A stretch of DNA of 19,832 nucleotides, taken from contig JAIVZN010000016.1 of the NCBI GenBank assembly GCA_048634875.1, positions 1 to 19,832 on the forward strand, given 5' to 3'. Positions 1 to 7,053 of this stretch are shown here, piece after piece (the first letter of the stretch is position 1; every line of letters starts with the position of its first letter). This DNA comes from Deltaproteobacteria bacterium (lineage in GTDB: Bacteria > CG03 > SLGR01 > JBDRKX01). Below the pieces are notes generated by a model. It worked only from the letters and a program-made list of their open reading frames with translations. It did no database searches and was not told the origin of the DNA. The position numbers and the translations under genes are program-made.

Positions 1-1296
1 GTTGGTGGAAATGCTACTATATTGAATAATGCATGGGGCGGTATTTCAAAGAAGTTAGACATTATAGATAATCTAACTGCATCTCTTTTTGTTGGCCGTG
101 GGTATACAGGCGCGCTAACATCAATCGGCGGTCTTGGTTTTAATGCCGGTAACAATGACCCGTGGTTTTCTGATGTTACTGGTATTGGCGCTACTACATT
201 CCTTGCTACTAATCTTTTTGCATTGGCTCCGGTTGGGAAATATGATGTCTTATTGTCATACTCTGCTGACATCGCAGATATTGGCGCAGCGCTCACATAT
301 GCATCCTTTTCACAGAATGACAAAAATCTCCCATTGAATTCAGGTGCAGTAACTGGCCCGATTCCTGCCGGTACACTTGAAGATACGGAAGAACTCAAGT
401 CGTCTGATATGGGAATAGCCATCGGCGCAAGGAAAAATGATATCGGCCCTATCTCATCTTTGGATGTTGTTGTTTCTATGAATATGCTCAATGCTGAAAA
501 TACTGAAGACAGAAATCAGTATGTTTTAGTCGGAGCGGTAACTACAGCCAGGAATAGTATAGATAATAAATTTGAATTAGATAATGGAATGAATTTAAAT
601 ATTGGTGCAAGGGCAGTTATTGAAAAAGAAGATGCAAAGAAGATACTGGTCTTAAATTACTTTTCACAGGATGTTTCAAATAAATTTACAACGCAGATAG
701 ATGGTGATCTTGATGGAACTCTTGTTGGTGTAGTTGATACTGATAGAATACAGACCAGGGAAGAAAAAAATACAACTTTATCAATCGGTGCAGCCATGAA
801 CAAGAACATCTCAAAAGAAACATTGCTGATCTGTGCCCTCAGTTATAACCGGACAAAAACTATTGTTAATGCAGAGGAAGAGAATAAAAACATAGCAAAC
901 ATTGTTGGTGTATATGAAGCATATAATTGGGAACAAATAAGAACTACGCTTCCTCTGAACCTTGCAGTTGAACATGTGATATCAAAAGCAGTTACAGCAA
1001 GATTAGGTGTTGCAAAGAATATCATGAACAAACGCACTGTCACCATAGATGATCCTGATTACATATTAAATGCAGCTGGAACAGCCTGGGTAGAAGATTA
1101 TGGCGATGCCTCTAATGAGGATGTCAACGATCTTGTTGGTGCAGCCGTAGTTACAATTGGTGTCGGAATAAAGCCACTTAAAAACCTGGTAATAGACGCT
1201 CTGGTAAGACAGCAGCTTCTCTTTACAGGCGGTTTTCTTGCAAGTGGTATTCCTGAAACACTTGCCGGACAGGTTACAGCTACTTTAAAGTATTAA
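1..1296 (+). CDS. 5'-partial hypothetical surface/outer-membrane-like protein. The frame is open to the window start; the first in-frame ATG is at 22. Composition is Gly/Ala/Thr/Asn-rich and the protein ends in ...TATLKY.
   Basis: Uninterrupted frame-1 ORF from nt 1. Alternating small and hydrophobic residues and a C-terminal aromatic residue are typical of beta-barrel or surface proteins. A strong terminator follows. No specific family was recognised. Confidence 0.5.
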   Translation, partial: VGGNATILNNAWGGISKKLDIIDNLTASLFVGRGYTGALTSIGGLGFNAGNNDPWFSDVTGIGATTFLATNLFALAPVGKYDVLLSYSADIADIGAALTYASFSQNDKNLPLNSGAVTGPIPAGTLEDTEELKSSDMGIAIGARKNDIGPISSLDVVVSMNMLNAENTEDRNQYVLVGAVTTARNSIDNKFELDNGMNLNIGARAVIEKEDAKKILVLNYFSQDVSNKFTTQIDGDLDGTLVGVVDTDRIQTREEKNTTLSIGAAMNKNISKETLLICALSYNRTKTIVNAEEENKNIANIVGVYEAYNWEQIRTTLPLNLAVEHVISKAVTARLGVAKNIMNKRTVTIDDPDYILNAAGTAWVEDYGDASNEDVNDLVGAAVVTIGVGIKPLKNLVIDALVRQQLLFTGGFLASGIPETLAGQVTATLKY

Positions 1297-1320
1297 AGAC
1301 ACAAATTAACCTTCCTTATA

Positions 1321-1357
1321 ACCCTGGTTCAGAAGCTCATCTGAACCAGGGTTTTTA
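1321..1357 (+). terminator. Rho-independent terminator: 12-bp perfect stem (ACCCTGGTTCAG / CTGAACCAGGGT), 8-nt loop, then a T-run
   Basis: Read directly from the sequence: accctggttcag-aagctcat-ctgaaccagggt-ttttaatt, immediately 3' of the stop at 1296. Confidence 0.75.
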
Positions 1358-1365
1358 ATTAAAAA

Positions 1366-2160
1366 ATGAAAATTTATTATTTTTCAGGAACAGGCAATAC
1401 TTTATTTACAGCAAAAATAATAGCTGATGAGCTGAAAAATAAAGGTATGGATACATCCATTGTTAATATTGAATCCATTAAAGATGAGATAAGTAATATA
1501 GATTATGATTTTATACTTATGTTTCCTGTATATGCATATGGCCCGCCTAAGATTATAAACAAGTTTATAGAAAAATTACCCCTTCAGGTGAGAGGGGAAT
1601 TTAATGTTTACTTAATTTTAAATTATGGACTTTTATCAGTAAATACCTATTCTATAACAGCTAATCTTTTGAAAAAGAAAGGCTATAATGTAAAATACTC
1701 TAACGGGGTAAGAATGCCTGCAAATTACATAAACCTTTACAACCCACCGAAATTAAAGACCTCAGTAAAAAGAGTTGATAAAGCCATACAAGAATTAAAA
1801 ATTATATCTGATGAAATTTTTCATGGCAAAAGAAATAAGATAAAAAGAGGTTTTATATTACTTCGTTTTCCAATGAAAATAATCTACCTACTGTTTGTAA
1901 AATTTTCAGACAGAATGGGCAGTAATTTCTATGCAGATGAAAAATGTAAGGGGTGCGGTATTTGTGTTAAAGCATGCCCTGCTTCAAATATTAAATTTGA
2001 TGATAATAACAGGCCTGTATGGGATAACCTGTGCGAGCAGTGTGTCAGGTGTATTCATTTATGCCCTGAAGGCGCCATACAGTGGTTATTTCTGACAAAA
2101 AAACGAAGACGCTATAAAAACCCGCATATTAAATTAGAAGAATTAGTCCCTCCGCAGTAA
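1366..2160 (+). CDS. Fusion of a flavodoxin-like domain and a 2x[4Fe-4S] ferredoxin domain (EFR1-type ferredoxin)
   Basis: The N-terminus MKIYYFSGTGNT resembles a flavodoxin phosphate-binding loop. The C-terminus carries two CxxCxxCxxxCP motifs (CKGCGICVKACP, CEQCVRCIHLCP). Confidence 0.7.
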   Translation: MKIYYFSGTGNTLFTAKIIADELKNKGMDTSIVNIESIKDEISNIDYDFILMFPVYAYGPPKIINKFIEKLPLQVRGEFNVYLILNYGLLSVNTYSITANLLKKKGYNVKYSNGVRMPANYINLYNPPKLKTSVKRVDKAIQELKIISDEIFHGKRNKIKRGFILLRFPMKIIYLLFVKFSDRMGSNFYADEKCKGCGICVKACPASNIKFDDNNRPVWDNLCEQCVRCIHLCPEGAIQWLFLTKKRRRYKNPHIKLEELVPPQ

Positions 2161-2217
2161 TACACTTTAAATATTCTTTTACTTGCTTTTTAAAGTAAGT
2201 TTGGATATTATTTAATC

Positions 2218-2718
2218 ATGAGAGAGAAAAATTTCCAGTTAAGACTTAAAGATTTGTCATCAGCAAAACCGCCTAAAAAAATTGTAGGTGTTATAGGCGG
2301 GGCTCAGGCTGACAGAGAAATACTTGAAATTGCTAGAAACTTAGGCAGAGAAATTGCAAAAAACGGATATATCCTTGTCTGCGGAGGACTTGGCGGAGTA
2401 ATGCGTGCTGCCTGCATGGGTGCAATAGAAGCCGGCGGGATAACTGTAGGAATACTCCCTGGAACCGACAGAGAATCTGCAAATCCATATGTTACAATTC
2501 CTGTTGTTACTGCAATGAGCCACGCAAGAAATGCAATAATTGTCAGGACTGCTGATATCCTTGTAGCCATAGACGGAAGATACGGTACTCTTTCAGAGAT
2601 TGCGCTTGCAAAAGCAGTTGGAAAGAGGGTGATAGGGTTGTTTACCTGGGAAGAAGTGCCTGGTGTGGAAATGGTAGAGTCAGTAGAAGAAGCAATCCAG
2701 GTAATTAAAGAAACTTGA
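2218..2718 (+). CDS. TIGR00725-family / LOG-like Rossmann-fold protein (lysine-decarboxylase-like)
   Basis: Carries GVIGGA...ILVCGGLGGVM...AIDGRYGTLSE motifs characteristic of the LOG/TIGR00725 family. A fair ribosome-binding site precedes the start. Confidence 0.7.
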   Translation: MREKNFQLRLKDLSSAKPPKKIVGVIGGAQADREILEIARNLGREIAKNGYILVCGGLGGVMRAACMGAIEAGGITVGILPGTDRESANPYVTIPVVTAMSHARNAIIVRTADILVAIDGRYGTLSEIALAKAVGKRVIGLFTWEEVPGVEMVESVEEAIQVIKET

Positions 2719-3149
2719 AAGTAGTAATTCAAAGAGTAAAGAAAGCTTCTGTTACCAGTGGAGATTATTCTGCTATGATAGCTGAAGGGCTGCTTGTCCT
2801 TGTAGGAGTTGCGAAAGACGATGAGATTAAAGATGTTAATTACATGGTAGATAAGACTGTAAATTTAAGGATATTTTCCGATTCCGCAGGAAAGCTGAAT
2901 TTGTCAGTCAGGGATATCGGGGGAGATATTCTTGCAGTACCTCAGTTTACTTTATATGGAGATTGCCGCAAAGGGCGGAGGCCCGGTTTTGAAAGTTGTG
3001 CGGATAGAGTTAAGGGTAAAGACTTTTTTGATGTTTATGTTAATGGATTAAAGGCTGAAGGCGTGAGGGTTGAGACAGGATTGTTTGGGAAAGAAATGGA
3101 AGTAGAACTTGTAAATGATGGGCCTGTTACATTTATTGTAAAAAGTTGA
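2715..3149 (+). CDS. dtd: D-aminoacyl-tRNA deacylase
   Basis: The protein shows MKVVIQRV...SQFTL-like (PQFTLYGD)...NDGPVTF motifs and a length of ~145 aa. Its TTG start overlaps the upstream stop (cTTGA), indicating translational coupling. Confidence 0.85.
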   Translation: MKVVIQRVKKASVTSGDYSAMIAEGLLVLVGVAKDDEIKDVNYMVDKTVNLRIFSDSAGKLNLSVRDIGGDILAVPQFTLYGDCRKGRRPGFESCADRVKGKDFFDVYVNGLKAEGVRVETGLFGKEMEVELVNDGPVTFIVKS

Positions 3150-3185
3150 AAGAAAATGAGATTGGGAGATTAGGAGACTAAAATA

Positions 3186-5042
3186 GTGAAAATAGGAAAG
3201 TTTTTTTTAGGGGTACTCTTAATCGGTACTCTTCTTCATGGTATTCTGCTTCCTAAAATTTTCATAAAGCCGGATAAGCTGGCTTACCTTCATTACAATT
3301 TCATTAAAGTTTCTGTAAAAGGCAGCCCTGATTTCTTAAAAGATACAGTAGCATGTGTGTATAAAAATGGCGAAAAAGTGACTACTGTCGGTGCGCAGGA
3401 TTGTATTAAATTTAAGTATAATCATGAGAGCAAATTGTGGGAAGGGAAATTTCCTGTACCGTGGGGCGCTGAAGACGGGATTTATACCATAAGGTTACTG
3501 CAGGATAATAAATTAATAGATTGGGAACAAGTATTTTATATTAAGACCAGGATTCCGCATGTGAAATTTAACAGTCCATTAAAAATTTTAGACCTTGAAA
3601 GCATGAAGAGGTTAAAAAGTTTTAAAGTTAAGAATCCATCAGGGGAAAGGGTTGGTTATACCGGAATCTTTGACTGGATAAAGTATATCGGAGGCAACAC
3701 TCTATGGTATATAGCAGGCCAGACAGCTTCTTATAAGAAAAATGATTTACAGGAAGATCGTCCCTGGGTCAAAGATAACCTTAAAACATTAAAGGAATTT
3801 GCCGAAAAAGCAAAAAGTGAAAATATAAATTTTGGAGCGTGGATAAGCTGTTTTAGGGTATTTGGGAAGAGCAGTTTGAAACCCGACTGGTATAATTACA
3901 GTTATAAATTATCAAAAGGTAAAGTTGTAGAAACAAATGGAATATCTATTCTTGACCACAAAAGAGTTGACGACATAATAAAACTTGCTAAAACGCTTAA
4001 TGATATGGAATCAGTTGATTATATAGGCCTGGATTACATAAGGCCCGCAGGCGGAGGGCTTGACCTTGTTGATGAGTTTGTTGAAGCAATGGCAGTTGAA
4101 GTGCCTGATAGCTGGAATGAGTTTTCTAAAACCCGGAGAATGGAATGGTTAGGCAGGATTGTTACCCGCTCAAGTAACAGAAATGTTCCTCTAATAGATA
4201 AATGGAACTGGTGGAGAGCGCAGAGGATATCAAAGATTATAAATTTATTAAAAGAAAAAGGTAATTTAAAAAAGCCTCTCTGGACATTTGTGTTGAGCTG
4301 GGAAATGGGGCACCAGCATGGCCAGGATCCTATTATGTTTCAAGATGCGGGAATAGACCTTATTGCAGTTATGATATATGAGACAGATGGCCCGAGGTTT
4401 GACCATATTATAAGTGAATGGAAGGAGTATTTAAAAGATTTTAATGTTAATATTGTAATAGGAAATCAGTTAGACTGGATTTTACATCAGTATTCAGTTT
4501 ATCCGTCAGGACCTGCGGAGTATGCAAGGAGAATGGAAAAAAGCATAGAATATATAGATGAGACAGGAAATTTAAGAGGTCTTTTTATTCATGATTTTGC
4601 CAGGGCAATGCGTGGAAGGCTTGGTCCGTATACTTCAATGGAGTGGCTCATTGGAGGCGCAAGGGGATTTACTAAATTGTCAAAAAAAGAAAACAGAATA
4701 AAAATTAATATAGATATACCTGATGTAATAAAAACAGATGAAATAATTAAAGCCAGTTTGAAGTTAGAAAATCTTACAGATAACAGTTTAAATAATATAA
4801 ATATTAATTTTCCCCGGTTAAGTGGAATAGAAATATTAAATAATGTAAAATTAATTAATGTTTTGAATGTGAAGGAAACAAAAGAAATTCCATTTAATAT
4901 AAGAGTCAGAGGAAAGCCTTGTTATAGAATGGGGCGCTACATGGTAGGTGTAAGGGCTGTTCATGAAGAAGGTGTATATATTGATTTTAAAAATTTCTGG
5001 GTTAAAGGAGTGTCTTTAGATAACGGAAGCAGTTATAGATGA
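3186..5042 (+). CDS. Hypothetical exported or membrane-anchored protein, 618 aa (GTG start). A TIM-barrel glycosidase-like fold is suspected but not verified.
   Basis: The N-terminus carries a hydrophobic signal or anchor (FFLGVLLIGTLLHGILL). It is a long ORF with no motif I recognise. It is tightly followed by two lipoprotein genes. Confidence 0.45.
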   Translation: MKIGKFFLGVLLIGTLLHGILLPKIFIKPDKLAYLHYNFIKVSVKGSPDFLKDTVACVYKNGEKVTTVGAQDCIKFKYNHESKLWEGKFPVPWGAEDGIYTIRLLQDNKLIDWEQVFYIKTRIPHVKFNSPLKILDLESMKRLKSFKVKNPSGERVGYTGIFDWIKYIGGNTLWYIAGQTASYKKNDLQEDRPWVKDNLKTLKEFAEKAKSENINFGAWISCFRVFGKSSLKPDWYNYSYKLSKGKVVETNGISILDHKRVDDIIKLAKTLNDMESVDYIGLDYIRPAGGGLDLVDEFVEAMAVEVPDSWNEFSKTRRMEWLGRIVTRSSNRNVPLIDKWNWWRAQRISKIINLLKEKGNLKKPLWTFVLSWEMGHQHGQDPIMFQDAGIDLIAVMIYETDGPRFDHIISEWKEYLKDFNVNIVIGNQLDWILHQYSVYPSGPAEYARRMEKSIEYIDETGNLRGLFIHDFARAMRGRLGPYTSMEWLIGGARGFTKLSKKENRIKINIDIPDVIKTDEIIKASLKLENLTDNSLNNININFPRLSGIEILNNVKLINVLNVKETKEIPFNIRVRGKPCYRMGRYMVGVRAVHEEGVYIDFKNFWVKGVSLDNGSSYR

Positions 5043-5048
5043 AAGAGG

Positions 5049-6521
5049 ATGAAGATAATTGAGACCATGAAACAGTATTTAGCAGTTTTTGTTGTTTTTA
5101 TGTCTCTAATTGCATGCGGAACTTCTGATACAGTTAATGTGAGAAAACCGGTTGTAAAGGGGCAGTTTTATCCTGCGGGCTCTTATGATTTGAAGAGAAT
5201 GGTTGATAAGTTTATAAGTGTTCCTGTTAATCTTAAAGGAAAAGAGATTTCAGGAATAATTGTGCCGCATGCAGGGTATGTATATTCTGGGTTAACAGCA
5301 GGCTATGGTTTCAGCGCTGTAAAAGGGAAGAGTTTTTCTACGGTTATACTTATTGGCCCGAGCCACCATAGTTTTTTAGAAAAACCCTGTTCATGTGAGT
5401 TTAAAGAGTGGTCAACACCACTTGGCAATATTAAAGTAGATTATAAGCTTTTAAATGATATTAAAAAAATAGAAATAAATATAAATAATAACATATTTAT
5501 ACCAGAGCATAGTTTAGAAGTTGAGTTGCCTTTTCTTCAGAGGGCATTAAAAGGGGAGTTTAAGATTCTTCCTGTACTTATAAATGAGTATAGAATTGAA
5601 AAAATCAAGCCTTATGCAGAAAAACTTGCACGGATTTTAAAAAATAAAAAAGATATTCTTTTTGTTATGTCAACAGATATGTCTCATTATTACAGAGCTT
5701 CCATTGCTGAAGAAATGGATAAGAAAATTACTGAGGCACTTATAAATAAGGATTTTAAAAAAATAGAAAATCTCTTAATGACAAAGAGCGGAGAACTGTG
5801 CGGCGCAGGCGCAGTAATGCTTGGCCTGTTAACTTTAAACGAGTTAGGCATTGATGAAATTATAAAGCTTCATTATTCACATTCAGGTATGGTTTCAGGA
5901 GATAATTTCAGGGTTGTCGGTTATGGGGCATTTGCTGTATGTAAGGGAGGTAAAAAAGTGGGATATAATAGAGAACAGAAGATTAAACTTCTTGAAATTG
6001 CAAGAAAGACCATGGAAACTTATGTCCGTGAAGGTAGAAGGATAGAGATTGATGTCAAAGATGAAGAACTTAAAGAAGAAAGGGGTGTTTTTGTAACTCT
6101 CCATAAGGATGAGCGTCTCAGGGGATGTATTGGAAATATAATGCCTGTAAACAAACTGTATCTTGCTGTTCAGGATATGGCTATCTCCTCTTCAACAAAA
6201 GATCCCAGGTTTTCACCTGTGAAAGAGAATGAATTAGATGATATTGAGATAGAGATATCCGTGCTTACTGTTCCACGGAAAGTTAAGAGTGCTGATGATA
6301 TTGTTATGGGAAGAGACGGGGTCATTGTTAAAAAAGGATACCGCCAGGGGGTATATCTGCCGCAGGTGGCAACTGAGACAGGATGGAGTAAGGAGGAGTT
6401 TTTAAGCAGTCTCTGTTATTCAAAGGCTGGTCTTCCTCGGGATGCATGGAAGGATGGAATTACTGAACTCTATACTTTTCAGGCAGAAGTATTTAATGAA
6501 AAAGAAATGGGAATAAAATAA
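5049..6521 (+). CDS. Fusion of a Memo1-like domain (AmmeMemoRadiSam protein B) and an AMMECR1-like domain (protein A), with a lipobox signal peptide. An alternative start is at 5067.
   Basis: Memo motifs are present: VPHAGYVYSG, LIGPSHH, MSTDMSHYY. The AMMECR1 motif is LRGCIGNIMP. The N-terminus MKQYLAVFVVFMSLIAC|G has a lipobox (LIAC). Confidence 0.75.
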   Translation: MKIIETMKQYLAVFVVFMSLIACGTSDTVNVRKPVVKGQFYPAGSYDLKRMVDKFISVPVNLKGKEISGIIVPHAGYVYSGLTAGYGFSAVKGKSFSTVILIGPSHHSFLEKPCSCEFKEWSTPLGNIKVDYKLLNDIKKIEININNNIFIPEHSLEVELPFLQRALKGEFKILPVLINEYRIEKIKPYAEKLARILKNKKDILFVMSTDMSHYYRASIAEEMDKKITEALINKDFKKIENLLMTKSGELCGAGAVMLGLLTLNELGIDEIIKLHYSHSGMVSGDNFRVVGYGAFAVCKGGKKVGYNREQKIKLLEIARKTMETYVREGRRIEIDVKDEELKEERGVFVTLHKDERLRGCIGNIMPVNKLYLAVQDMAISSSTKDPRFSPVKENELDDIEIEISVLTVPRKVKSADDIVMGRDGVIVKKGYRQGVYLPQVATETGWSKEEFLSSLCYSKAGLPRDAWKDGITELYTFQAEVFNEKEMGIK

Positions 6522-6563
6522 TAATGAGTAAGAACGCTGGATTAAACCAGGAGGAGTGAAAGA

Positions 6564-6908
6564 ATGAATGGTATGAAATTAATATTACTGATATTCTTGT
6601 TTGGTTTCTTGGGGTGTACATCAATGCAGAAGAAAAATCTGGCAACTGAAAATGGAGTTATAAGCGCTTTATTTAATATTCCCGAGAGTACTGTAGAATC
6701 CTTAAGAACAAAGGGGCTGGAAGATGAACAGATTTTAAAACTGTTGATTATTTCAACAGCTACTTATTTAACTCTTCCTGAAATTTTAAGTATGATGGAA
6801 GACGGGGTAAGCCTCCATGAAATAGCAACTGACACCGGAATTGAGCAGGAAGTGCTTCAGGAAAGATTGGACAAAATTAAAAAAGATTTAACCCGGATTT
6901 TGCATTAG
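6564..6908 (+). CDS. Small hypothetical lipoprotein (114 aa)
   Basis: The signal peptide has lipobox FLGC. A GGAGG ribosome-binding site precedes the start. The last six codons lie inside the 5' arm of the structured element that follows. Confidence 0.5.
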   Translation: MNGMKLILLIFLFGFLGCTSMQKKNLATENGVISALFNIPESTVESLRTKGLEDEQILKLLIISTATYLTLPEILSMMEDGVSLHEIATDTGIEQEVLQERLDKIKKDLTRILH

Positions 6909-7052
6909 GAATGAAGAACCGAGACGATAAAGATGCTATATAATACACAAACAAAAAAGTGAAGTAATACTCGTAAGTATTGATGAGCTTTTTTGTGACG
7001 TAGAATGTGGCATATTTTTCGTCGAATTCCATTGTCTAATGCAAAATCCGGG
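6892..7052 (+). ncRNA. Candidate structured ncRNA, copy 1. It has a 17-bp closing helix, an inner 9-bp helix and a terminal hairpin. Family unknown; 6S-like architecture is possible.
   Basis: Perfect closing helix cccggattttgcattag/ctaatgcaaaatccggg; inner helix acaaaaaag/cttttttgt; hairpin aatact-cgta-agtatt. All three helices covary with copy 2 at 16077-16240, while the loop sequences (ggaatgaagaaccgag, gtagaa.tg, gaattccattgt) are conserved. Confidence 0.5.
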
Positions 7053-7053
7053 T

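Noticed and set aside
2304-2732. 142-aa and 60-aa - strand ORFs inside the TIGR00725 gene
   Set aside because: They lie fully within a well-supported + strand CDS and have no ribosome-binding site and no recognisable domain.
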